Source: Aliivibrio fischeri ES114 (lineage in GTDB: Bacteria > Pseudomonadota > Gammaproteobacteria > Enterobacterales > Vibrionaceae). From it: a stretch of DNA of 32,000 bases. Below, piece by piece: positions 17,939 through 26,260 of the stretch. Every line of letters starts with the position of its first letter. Positions within the stretch are counted from its first letter, which is position 1. Position numbers and translations under genes: made by a program. Below the pieces are notes generated by a model. It worked only from the letters and a program-made list of their open reading frames with translations, was not told the origin of the DNA and made no database searches. The stretch lies in the NCBI RefSeq assembly GCF_000011805.1, contig NC_006841.2. One strand, given 5' to 3'.

Positions 17939-18784
17939 CTAACGCTTAAATATACTCAGGATCGTATTAACAAATTGTTCTGGTTCTTCTAGCATTGGCG
18001 TATGTGATACACCTTCTAACTTAATTAGCTGTAATGATTTAAAGGTGCCTTCAATACTTTCCCATACCTCAATTGGAGCAATGCTAAAATCTAGTTCCCC
18101 ATTAATGACGATGACATCCAAGTTTGATGAAAACTGCGTAAGTTCGATATCTCTGAATATTTCTCCCCAAAGCGTATCTAGTAGCGGTGTATTCATTTCA
18201 ACATCATCCCACAAAAGCAACTCATCAAATGATGCATCTTTCCATCTCATTGGACCTAATCTACGACAGATATGCGCAAACTTACGTTCTGGCTGTCTGG
18301 TGATATCACTTTCTAGTCTAGCCATACTTGTATCTAGCAACTTTTTTCGCTGTTCAGAAGCATTTTCAGACCAATGAGCAAACTGCTTTTCTTGCATATC
18401 ACGTGATAGACTTGGTGCGGCGCCAACTACAATCAACTTTTCGATATTTATTCTCGTATTACTTGCAAAATGCATTGCCATATAAGCATGGCCTGAATGC
18501 CCTAATACACTAGTTTTAGTTAGATTAAGACCTTCGCATATTACTTGGATATCACGAGTAATAGTATCTAAGCTGATAGGTTCAACAGGATTTGAGGCAT
18601 CACACTTGGAAAACCCGCGATGATCCACATACACACAAGTAAAGTAATCATGCAAAGATTCAGGAATTACTTTCTTGTAGTAGTTCACACTACCAATAAT
18701 TAACAAGTATGGGCCAGTCCCATGCTGCTCAACTTGTAATTGATAATTGTCACAATGGACAATTAATAAGTTTCTATCATTCAT
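17939..18784 (-). CDS. Alpha/beta-fold hydrolase
   Basis: The product has a nucleophile elbow (GHSGHA, GxSxG), an Asp candidate (NGELDF) and a C-terminal His (EGVSHTPMLEEP). Confidence 0.8.
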   Translation of the reverse strand: MNDRNLLIVHCDNYQLQVEQHGTGPYLLIIGSVNYYKKVIPESLHDYFTCVYVDHRGFSKCDASNPVEPISLDTITRDIQVICEGLNLTKTSVLGHSGHAYMAMHFASNTRINIEKLIVVGAAPSLSRDMQEKQFAHWSENASEQRKKLLDTSMARLESDITRQPERKFAHICRRLGPMRWKDASFDELLLWDDVEMNTPLLDTLWGEIFRDIELTQFSSNLDVIVINGELDFSIAPIEVWESIEGTFKSLQLIKLEGVSHTPMLEEPEQFVNTILSIFKR

Positions 18785-18885
18785 TCATATTCTCAATATG
18801 GTTGCTATGAAGCAATTCTAAGACATGGTTTAGGTCGATTAAATGAGCTAATATGGGTTTCTATAACTCAAATTTTGGGATAATC

Positions 18886-19788
18886 ATGTTAGATAGAATT
18901 GATAACGTTTGGTTACAGTCATTTTTTTCCGTTTATGAAAAACATAGTTTTGCTAAAGCCTCTGAACACTTAGCAATTCCAAGTTCTAACGTCAGCCGAC
19001 ATATCCAACAACTAGAATCAATATTGGGTGAAAAGTTATTCTATCGAACAACTCGTAAAGTAACCCCTACACTAATGGGTGAGCGTCTTTTCCAAGAGAT
19101 TAGAGAACCATTGTACAACCTTAATCAGTCACTACAGCGACTGAGTGAGGCACCGACCTCTCTTAAAGGAAGTATTCGATTGAGTTCTCCAGACATACCT
19201 ATTATTGGAGAGGTTTTAGCGGATTTTTTAACCACGTATACAGACATCAAATTGTACTGTGAGCACAGTACCGCGATTGAAAATGCTATCTTAAATGACC
19301 CCGATATTATTATTAGTTTTGAGCGAGGAGCCCTCGATGATCGGGATTGGGTATCGAAGCCACTTTGTCAATGGGAAACTGCTATCTTAGCTTCTAAAGA
19401 GTGTATTAACCGCTACGGCTTACCAGAAAATCTAACTGAACTGGAGTCAATGCCTTGTATATCAAGCTATAAATCCTTTGGAGGAACTCCTTGGATTTTC
19501 ACTATGCCAGAGTCAAATGAATTTAAAACACTATCCCCAAAATCAAGAATAAAAGTAGATGGAGGATTTACGGCAAAAGCTTTTGCACAACGTGGACTTG
19601 GGTTTGTCGCTCTACCCACTAGCTTCTGCTCAGACGAAATAGCACAGGGTGAATTACAACAGGTTTCTGTAGATTATGATTTGTCTCCACTGACAATATT
19701 CATTCATTATCGTGCAATTAATTTTCACTCACATCTATCAAAGTTACTTGTAAATTTTATCACTACTAAAATGTCTTATAGCTCATAA
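18886..19788 (+). CDS. LysR-family transcriptional regulator, divergent from the hydrolase gene
   Basis: The wHTH reads SFAKASEHLAIPSSNVSRHIQQLESILGEKLFYRTTRKVTPTLMG. The ATG at 18886 has GGGA 5-8 nt upstream and gives a canonical LysR N-terminus (MLDRIDNVWLQSFF). The track start at 18853 is probably too long. Confidence 0.85.
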   Translation: MLDRIDNVWLQSFFSVYEKHSFAKASEHLAIPSSNVSRHIQQLESILGEKLFYRTTRKVTPTLMGERLFQEIREPLYNLNQSLQRLSEAPTSLKGSIRLSSPDIPIIGEVLADFLTTYTDIKLYCEHSTAIENAILNDPDIIISFERGALDDRDWVSKPLCQWETAILASKECINRYGLPENLTELESMPCISSYKSFGGTPWIFTMPESNEFKTLSPKSRIKVDGGFTAKAFAQRGLGFVALPTSFCSDEIAQGELQQVSVDYDLSPLTIFIHYRAINFHSHLSKLLVNFITTKMSYSS

Positions 19789-19877
19789 TAAGGCAAAAAT
19801 AAGCCAGCTCTAGCCTCGTTAACTCAAAGAACTACTAGACGCAGAACGAATCGTTCGTAATAGTTCAACCAACATAT

Positions 19878-19987
19878 AAAACAAAAAAAGCGAGCCATCA
19901 TAGCTCGCTTTTCAATATTCTGTATTTTAGAAGAAATTACAGTAGTTCAACCGATTGTTGTGCGATTACGAATTCTTCGTTAGTTGG
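19878..19987. repeat. Direct repeat copy B (native ackA 3' end plus terminator)
   Basis: This is the partner of 17697-17805 and is contiguous with the intact ackA. Confidence 0.9.
19883..19912. terminator. Bidirectional terminator between LysR (+) and ackA (-)
   Basis: AGCGAGC (19889-19895) pairs with GCTCGCT (19903-19909). The stem is flanked by an A7 run and a T4 run. Confidence 0.8.
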
Positions 19988-21133
19988 GATAACCATAGCA
20001 ACAGCGTTCAACATTTCTGATTTAGCAATAATACCATCAGCGCCAAAACGAGCACCTTCGTTACCTGCAACATCTTCAACAAAACCAAGAATCTTAAGGT
20101 TGCTTAAGATCTCACGACGGATTGGTAATGAGTTCTCACCGATACCACCAGTGAAGATGATGCCATCTAAAGAATCTAATGCCGCTAGGTAAGAAGCCAC
20201 GTACTTAGCAACACGGTATGTAAACACTTGGAATGCTAATGTTGCACCTTCGTGTCCCTCTTCCATTGCTTCAAGGATACCACGAGCATCACTTGTTAGA
20301 CCGGACACACCTAGGAAACCAGACTCTTTATTTAGAGAGTTAAACACTTGCTCTTGTGACCAACCTTTCTTAAGTAGGTATTCAATGATACCTGGGTCTA
20401 AGTCACCACAACGTGTACCCATCATTAGACCTGAAAGCGGAGTGAAGCCCATTGATGTGTCTACACTGTTACCATCTTTAATTGCACAAACTGATGCGCC
20501 ATTACCTAGGTGAACAGAAATAAAGTTCGACTCTTCAATCGGTTTATTGATCATTTTTGCAGCTTCACGGCTTACAAAGTAGTGACTTGTACCGTGGAAA
20601 CCGTAACGACGAACACCAAAATCAGTATATAACTCTTTAGCAATAGCACCAGTGTATGCACGCTTAGGCATAGTTTGGTGGAACGCTGTGTCAAATACCG
20701 CAAATTGAGGGAGAGAAGGGAAGGCTTCAACAGCAGCACGAATGCCAATAGCGCCAGCTGGGTTATGAAGAGGAGCTAAGTCAGATAGACTTTCAATTTC
20801 TTTTGTTACTTCTTCATTAATACGAACTGTCTTAGTAAATTTTTCACCGCCGTGAACGATACGGTGACCGATAGCAACGATACCATCAGTAAAACCTAAC
20901 TCTTCTGTTAGACCTACTAATTTACCAATAGCTATCTTATGGTGGTTTTCATTACCTTCAATGGCAATTTCTGTTTTCTGTCCTTGATACTTCCAGCTCA
21001 TACGAGCATCTTCAAGGCCAAAACACTCACCTAACCCGCTTAATACTGCATCACCAGAAACAGAATCGATTACAGCAAACTTAAGTGAAGAGCTGCCTGA
21101 ATTGATAACTAATACGTATTCGTTGTTCATCAT
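19937..21133 (-). CDS. ackA: Acetate kinase
   Basis: The 398-aa product has the N-terminal motif VLVINSGSSSLKF, plus HRIVHGG, GFHGTSH and IFTGGIGENS. No pta gene lies next to it. Confidence 0.93.
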   Translation of the reverse strand: MMNNEYVLVINSGSSSLKFAVIDSVSGDAVLSGLGECFGLEDARMSWKYQGQKTEIAIEGNENHHKIAIGKLVGLTEELGFTDGIVAIGHRIVHGGEKFTKTVRINEEVTKEIESLSDLAPLHNPAGAIGIRAAVEAFPSLPQFAVFDTAFHQTMPKRAYTGAIAKELYTDFGVRRYGFHGTSHYFVSREAAKMINKPIEESNFISVHLGNGASVCAIKDGNSVDTSMGFTPLSGLMMGTRCGDLDPGIIEYLLKKGWSQEQVFNSLNKESGFLGVSGLTSDARGILEAMEEGHEGATLAFQVFTYRVAKYVASYLAALDSLDGIIFTGGIGENSLPIRREILSNLKILGFVEDVAGNEGARFGADGIIAKSEMLNAVAMVIPTNEEFVIAQQSVELL

Positions 21134-21439
21134 TATTCTCTTTTATAGATATGTAGGTTGCACATTAGAGTCGTGCCTTTTGTTGCTACAACCCATTATT
21201 CAACTATTTTTTAATGATTCAACTTTTGTTTTAGCACCTATCTACATTTTTGTCATAAACATGTCTTAGATCAATTTTTGAGAAATTATTTTTTAACTAT
21301 GTAAACGTTTTCTTTAAATAAATTTTACAAACATTCTGTTAACTAGCTCGTACTTGAATTATTCAATATAGGATATTTATTGATTTGTAACTAACATCAC
21401 TTAGGATGATGTAACGACTGTAATTAACTAAAAATAATA

Positions 21440-22435
21440 ATGAAAATATTAATTTGCGATGATTCAAAAATCGCTCGGAAATCATTAGCTCGTAATATAA
21501 AAAACACCAGTGAAGTTAATGTTTTCTATGCTGAAAATGGTAAAGAAGGATTACAAATTTTATCTGAGCATGACATTGATGTTCTCTTTCTTGACCTTAC
21601 CATGCCTATCATGGATGGCTTTGAAGTATTGGCTTCTTTACCGGTAAATTCTTATCAAACTCATATCATTGTTGTCTCTGCTGATATACAAGAAAAAGCC
21701 AGACAACGATGCTATGAGCTTGGCGCAAAAGAGTTTATTGAAAAACCATTTAGCAATGACGTTATTCAACAAGTATTTAAAAAATATCAAATACCATTAC
21801 TCAACACCGTTGCAACTTCTCAATCAAAGAGAGCAAAAAACAGTTCATCCATTGACATTATCTCCAGTATTAAAGAAATCAGTAACGTTGCTCTTGGTGC
21901 CAGCGCTGCTCTTATTTCTGAACAATTTGATCGCTTCATTGATATGCCTCTACCCAATGTCGCTACATTGCATCGTTCTGAATTAAAAATGGTTCTTCAA
22001 GATATTATTAATAACTCTGAGTACCGAGCTATCTCTCAACGTTTTGTTGGATATGGGATCAACGGAGAGGCGCTTGTTTGTTTACATGGTGATAATTTAA
22101 AAGAATTACTTAGCGTTAATGACAGCGGTAAAAATACAACGACCAATGAAGCCATTCTTGATATCGCTAACCTACTTGTCTCTGCTTTTCTCTTATCTTT
22201 TAGCAAACAATTGGACATCGCCATTTCATTACGCCAACCCAGCGTTTTAAATAGTGATCAATTAAAAACAGCACTCAAAGATAACCATCAATTTTTAGGG
22301 GAATATGAGAAAGATATTTTTACTATTGAGTTTGTTTATTCTGCAGAAAGTATGGATTTAAAATGTGATGTTATCTTCTTAATGGATAACGATTCTTTGT
22401 CTGCCATTAAATCAATTTTAGAGAGTGTTTTATAA
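21440..22435 (+). CDS. Response-regulator receiver domain fused to a CheC/CheX-like (CXY phosphatase fold) domain
   Basis: The REC residues are all present: D7 and D8, D52 (FLDLTMP), S80, K102. The C-terminal domain contains S142-x3-E146-x2-N149-x22-P172, an exact match to the CheC/CheX/FliY consensus D/S-x3-E-x2-N-x22-P. A second, degenerate copy reads E237-x3-D241-x2-N244-x22-P267. Confidence 0.75.
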   Translation: MKILICDDSKIARKSLARNIKNTSEVNVFYAENGKEGLQILSEHDIDVLFLDLTMPIMDGFEVLASLPVNSYQTHIIVVSADIQEKARQRCYELGAKEFIEKPFSNDVIQQVFKKYQIPLLNTVATSQSKRAKNSSSIDIISSIKEISNVALGASAALISEQFDRFIDMPLPNVATLHRSELKMVLQDIINNSEYRAISQRFVGYGINGEALVCLHGDNLKELLSVNDSGKNTTTNEAILDIANLLVSAFLLSFSKQLDIAISLRQPSVLNSDQLKTALKDNHQFLGEYEKDIFTIEFVYSAESMDLKCDVIFLMDNDSLSAIKSILESVL

Positions 22436-23397
22436 TGAATTCTGATATGAGTGATTTTCATTGGGCCATGCAGATCATTGGTGATTTAGATGCAGGCTTA
22501 ATTGTGGTAGATAAAAATTTTAAGGTGTGTGCTTGGAACAACTTTATGCAATCTTACAGCGGTATTACCGCTGAGAAAATTCTTAACCATAATCTATTTG
22601 AAGTTGTTCCTGATTTACCAAAATCTTGGTTAGTTAAAAAAGTCATGGCCTCCTTTAGTTTAAATACTCGTGGTTTCTCCTGCTGGGAAGATAGGCCTTA
22701 TCTATTTAAATTTAAGAACTTTACGCCTATTTCGAATGGATTAACCGAGATGCGCCAAAACATTACATTTTCTCCTCTAACAGACGTAAATGGTAACGTT
22801 TCGCACATCAGTTTAATCATTCATGATGTTACCGAAATTGCAAAAAACACATTGCACCTAGAAAATTCCAACCACCAACTTTCTACTTTAAGTAAAATCG
22901 ATGGCTTAACACAGCTTTATAATCGTGCTTATTGGGAATCATGTTTAAAAAAAGAATTTAATGAAGCAAGAGCGGCGGAAAGGGTATCATCCATTGTGAT
23001 GTTTGATATTGACCACTTTAAGAAGGTCAATGATAACTTTGGGCATACTGTAGGTGATGATGTTATTCGTGATGCAGCTGAACTATTAAGAAAAACCTCG
23101 CGTAACACAGATATTTGTGGGCGATATGGTGGTGAAGAGTTTACCGTTATTCTGCCATATACAAACGCTGAGCAAGCTTTCTATTTCACTGAGCGTTTAC
23201 GTAAACGCATTGAAAACAGCACCATTTCAACTGAAAATGAAGAAATTCATTATCGAGTTAGTTTAGGTATTTGTGAGCTATCAAACGAACATCCTGATCA
23301 CTTATCGTGGCTAGAAGCGGCTGATAAAGCACTTTACTATTCAAAAGAGAATGGACGAAATCAATCTAACGTGTTTTGCACCACCTTAATGCCATAA
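22435..23397 (+). CDS. PAS-domain diguanylate cyclase (GGDEF) with an I-site
   Basis: The start overlaps the upstream stop (TAATG). An N-terminal PAS domain is followed by a GGDEF domain with active-site GGEEF (232-236). R223-N-T-D226 (RxxD) lies 5 residues upstream of it. No TM segments are present. Confidence 0.88.
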   Translation: MNSDMSDFHWAMQIIGDLDAGLIVVDKNFKVCAWNNFMQSYSGITAEKILNHNLFEVVPDLPKSWLVKKVMASFSLNTRGFSCWEDRPYLFKFKNFTPISNGLTEMRQNITFSPLTDVNGNVSHISLIIHDVTEIAKNTLHLENSNHQLSTLSKIDGLTQLYNRAYWESCLKKEFNEARAAERVSSIVMFDIDHFKKVNDNFGHTVGDDVIRDAAELLRKTSRNTDICGRYGGEEFTVILPYTNAEQAFYFTERLRKRIENSTISTENEEIHYRVSLGICELSNEHPDHLSWLEAADKALYYSKENGRNQSNVFCTTLMP

Positions 23398-23424
23398 ATC
23401 ACTTCTATCCATTTTATCTAGACA

Positions 23425-23454
23425 GAAAAAAACCGAAGTGATAATACTTCGGTT
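23425..23454 (-). terminator. Rho-independent terminator of the malEFG operon (the hairpin is also available to the convergent DGC gene)
   Basis: AACCGAAGT (23431-23439) pairs with ACTTCGGTT (23446-23454). On the minus strand the stem is followed by T7. Confidence 0.85.
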
Positions 23455-23611
23455 CTGATTACAACAAGTAAAGTCGCTTCCTGCAACACTTACCCAGCTA
23501 TGCGTAATGCCAATATTGCGCTGAACACTTTACCGATCGGCGACCAAACCATCATAAAGCTCTTCACGCAGTGGACCCTGCCCAAAAATGTACGGGTCCG
23601 TATAATTATCG
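23455..23611 (-). ncRNA. Long, relatively GC-rich malG 3' UTR. It is a candidate 3'-UTR-derived sRNA and also contains a 21-codon hydrophobic ORF.
   Basis: 157 nt separate the malG stop (23612) from its terminator. An internal stem pairs GGACCC (23573-78) with GGGTCC (23594-99). A CCGATCGG palindrome is present. An ORF at 23555..23490 encodes MMVWSPIGKVFSAILALRIAG and has GAAGAG 4 nt upstream. Confidence 0.3.
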
Positions 23612-24502
23612 TTATCCTTTTACACCACCGGCTGTCAAACCACCTACGAGGAACTTCTGAGCTAGTAAGAAAACCAATGTAATAGGTAATGCTGATAATA
23701 CTGCAGCGGCCGCAAAATCACCCCATAAGTAGTTCTGAGGGTATAAATATTGTTGCATACCAACTGCTAATGTGTATGAGTTTACATCAGAAAGTAGTAA
23801 AGATGCTACAGGAACCTCAGTAATTACACCAATAAATGACAAAATAAACACAACAGCCAAAATTGGAACAGATAATGGCAGTAAAACAAGACGGAAAGCT
23901 TGCCAAGGCGTAGCACCATCTAATGCGGCCGCTTCTTCTAACGAACCATCGATCGTTTCAAAGTACCCCTTGATCGTCCATACATGCAATGCGATCCCAC
24001 CAAGGTAGGCGAAGATCAAGCCACCATGCGTATTTAAGCCTAAGAATGGTATGTACTGACCTAACTTATCAAATAAGGCGTACAGAGCAACCAAAGCCAA
24101 TACCGCTGGGAACATTTGGAAAATCATCATACCTTTTAGTAGTGTTTCTTTACCTTTAAAACGCAGACGGGCAAAGGCATAAGCACTGGTTGTTGATAAA
24201 GCGACAATTAATACAGAACTGATAGCTGCAATTTTTACTGAATTCCATAACCAAGTTAACACAGGGAATGGAGGCTGAGTGGTTGAGCCATCAGCATGCT
24301 CAACGGCAATACCTAGTGCAAGTTTCCAGTGCTCTAATGATGGGCTTTCTGGAATAATACTGCCTGTTGCAAAGTTACCTTCACGGAATGAAATCGTAAT
24401 AACCATCAATAATGGGAAAATGATCATTGCTAAGAAAATCCACATTGCAATGTGTGTTGCCCAAACGCGATATTTTAAGTTTTTTCCTTGAACCATTGGC
24501 AT
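23612..24502 (-). CDS. malG: Maltose/maltodextrin ABC transporter permease MalG
   Basis: The 296-aa product has the EAA loop ([24 protein letters not shown]), the C-terminus [10 protein letters not shown], and sits after malF. Confidence 0.93.
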   Translation of the reverse strand: MPMVQGKNLKYRVWATHIAMWIFLAMIIFPLLMVITISFREGNFATGSIIPESPSLEHWKLALGIAVEHADGSTTQPPFPVLTWLWNSVKIAAISSVLIVALSTTSAYAFARLRFKGKETLLKGMMIFQMFPAVLALVALYALFDKLGQYIPFLGLNTHGGLIFAYLGGIALHVWTIKGYFETIDGSLEEAAALDGATPWQAFRLVLLPLSVPILAVVFILSFIGVITEVPVASLLLSDVNSYTLAVGMQQYLYPQNYLWGDFAAAAVLSALPITLVFLLAQKFLVGGLTAGGVKG

Positions 24503-24570
24503 ATCAATGAATCCTTATTTTTTGAAGTTAAGTAGCTAAATATCACTTTAGATAAATAGCTACTCAAACA

Positions 24571-26115
24571 TTAATTATTTGATAATTTTGTAAAACGTAG
24601 GTTCAGTAGTGCCAGACCACCTACTAGTAAGAAGATCAACGTCGCTATCGCACTTGCCAGACCAAAGTCTTGACCACCACTACCTTCAAACGCAATTCGG
24701 TAGGTATAACTTACTAATAAGTCCGTATAACCCGCAGGCTCTGTTGTACCTATCATGTTTGGACCACCTTTAGTTAATAAGGCAATCATTACAAAGTTAT
24801 TAAAGTTAAAAGCAAATGCTGCAATTAATAATGGTGTTAATGGTTTCACCATCATAGGAACCGTGATCTTCAAGAAGTTTTGAAGTGGTCCAGCACCATC
24901 AATGGCTGATGCTTCATACAAATCTTCAGGTATAGACTTCAATAGCCCCATACATAAGATCATCATGTATGGAAAACCTAACCAAGTATTTACAATCAAT
25001 ACCATCACTTTTGCAGTGAACGGATCAGAGAACCAATTTGGTTGAATACCAAACATGCTGTCTAATAGCATATTGATCTCACCAAAACTTTGGTTAAACA
25101 AGCCTCGGAAAATCAAGATTGAAATGAACGCTGGTACCGCATAAGGGAGTATTAACAATAAACGATAAACGGCACGTCCCTTTAACTCTTCCCATTGTAC
25201 AACTGCGGCAAGCACTAGGCCGATCGCAAGCGTAAATACAACAGTACAAGTTGCAAAAATTACTGTCCAAATAAAGATACTAATGAAAGGCTCTTTGATG
25301 CCGTCATCTTTCCAAATACGCTCAAAGTTTGCGCCACCAACATTAACGATAAAGCCAGGAGAAATTGGGTCACCAACAAAGACATCGTTATCATCTACTT
25401 CTTGATAAAAACCCGTATCGTGATTTGCTTTAAAATACGTTTCTGTTTTGTTGTTATAGAGCGTTTCGCCATCTTCTTGCATAACAAACAGTGGACCAAC
25501 CGCCGCAAACTTACGTAACCCACTCATTTGGATCTCTTCACCTGATGGTAAAGAAAGCGTGATAAGATTTAAATTTGGGCGCTTAGCAATGATCTGCTTA
25601 ATTGTTGCTTTTTTGCCTTTAACAGAATCCACAGGAGCTAATTCAAGTTTGCGCTCAACGGCCTCAGCTAAATTAAAGGTTTCTGTTGCGAATAATTGTC
25701 CAGAATCTTTAATCGTTAACGCATAACCATTACCTTGATTCATTAACTGAAAACTATAACTTTTTCCGCTTTGGTATGTTTTCGTTAAATGCACAGCTTG
25801 TGCTCGTTCAAGGGTGACTTGGTTCGTTGCGCTGTAGTTTGTAAATGCTAAACCAACCGTATAAACCAATGGGAAAATAATGAATAAAATCATCCCTGCG
25901 ATACCCGGATAGGTATAACGGTGAGCGTAATTCTTTTTACTACCAAACACATAAACTGCAAGTGCCGTTAATACGAGTGTTAACATTGCAAATGCAGTTT
26001 CACCACGAGAATACATAAGAACACAAACGTAACCATTCAGTGCTGCTACGGCAGATAAAATCCCCCATTTCAGTACAGATTTATAATTCGTTTGAGAAGC
26101 AACTGCTGTTGTCAT
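24571..26115 (-). CDS. malF: Maltose/maltodextrin ABC transporter permease MalF
   Basis: It matches remembered E. coli MalF closely (LLILPYAVPAFISILIFRGLFNQSFGEINM, EASAIDGAGPLQNF, YTDLLVSYTYRIAFEG) and includes the large periplasmic P2 loop. I prefer the ATG at 26115 because the track start at 26124 is a TTG. Confidence 0.92.
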   Translation of the reverse strand: MTTAVASQTNYKSVLKWGILSAVAALNGYVCVLMYSRGETAFAMLTLVLTALAVYVFGSKKNYAHRYTYPGIAGMILFIIFPLVYTVGLAFTNYSATNQVTLERAQAVHLTKTYQSGKSYSFQLMNQGNGYALTIKDSGQLFATETFNLAEAVERKLELAPVDSVKGKKATIKQIIAKRPNLNLITLSLPSGEEIQMSGLRKFAAVGPLFVMQEDGETLYNNKTETYFKANHDTGFYQEVDDNDVFVGDPISPGFIVNVGGANFERIWKDDGIKEPFISIFIWTVIFATCTVVFTLAIGLVLAAVVQWEELKGRAVYRLLLILPYAVPAFISILIFRGLFNQSFGEINMLLDSMFGIQPNWFSDPFTAKVMVLIVNTWLGFPYMMILCMGLLKSIPEDLYEASAIDGAGPLQNFLKITVPMMVKPLTPLLIAAFAFNFNNFVMIALLTKGGPNMIGTTEPAGYTDLLVSYTYRIAFEGSGGQDFGLASAIATLIFLLVGGLALLNLRFTKLSNN

Positions 26116-26147
26116 AAGCTTCAAGACCTTTTAAAAATACCAACCTA

Positions 26148-26241
26148 GTAAGCCCACTTAGATAAAATAGGCTTACTCATGTGGATATTAAAGAAGAGAT
26201 GATTCGCTATTATTAGGAGAGAAGTAAACCTCCCCTCCTAA
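26148..26241 (-). other. Two stem-loops in the malE-malF intergenic spacer (candidate mRNA-stabilising hairpins)
   Basis: TTAGGAG (26213-19) pairs with CTCCTAA (26235-41) just after the malE stop. GTAAGCC (26148-54) pairs with GGCTTAC (26170-76). Neither stem is followed by a T-run. Confidence 0.5.
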
Positions 26242-26260
26242 TTGTATGACTAATAAGGTG

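Noticed and set aside
17860-19850. Shared short words (GAACTACT, ACTCAAA, AGCCTC) occur in permuted order at 17868-17900 and 19812-19842. They might extend the direct repeats or mark recombination sites.
   Set aside because: The words occur in a different order and do not form a collinear or inverted alignment. With 7-8-mers in AT-rich DNA this is compatible with chance. Only 17697-17805 and 19878-19987 align convincingly, with possibly ~25 nt of weak similarity further left.
21134-21439. The AT-rich 306-bp ackA/REC spacer contains the ACATCA-N7-TGATGT inverted repeat (near 21395-21413) and could hold an sRNA or an operator.
   Set aside because: The arms are only 6 bp. There is no flanking promoter-plus-terminator pair and no ORF with an SD. 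I cannot distinguish it from background in this composition.
3059-26124. Several long N-terminal extensions in the ORF track begin at TTG codons or at upstream ATGs: 3059, 3810, 9948, 10974, 14607, 18853, 26124, 27839 and 31861.
   Set aside because: In each case a downstream ATG or GTG has a better SD, starts a proper signal peptide or the family-typical N-terminus, or the extension overlaps the preceding gene or an operator. The shorter starts are used in the feature table, and the alternatives remain possible.
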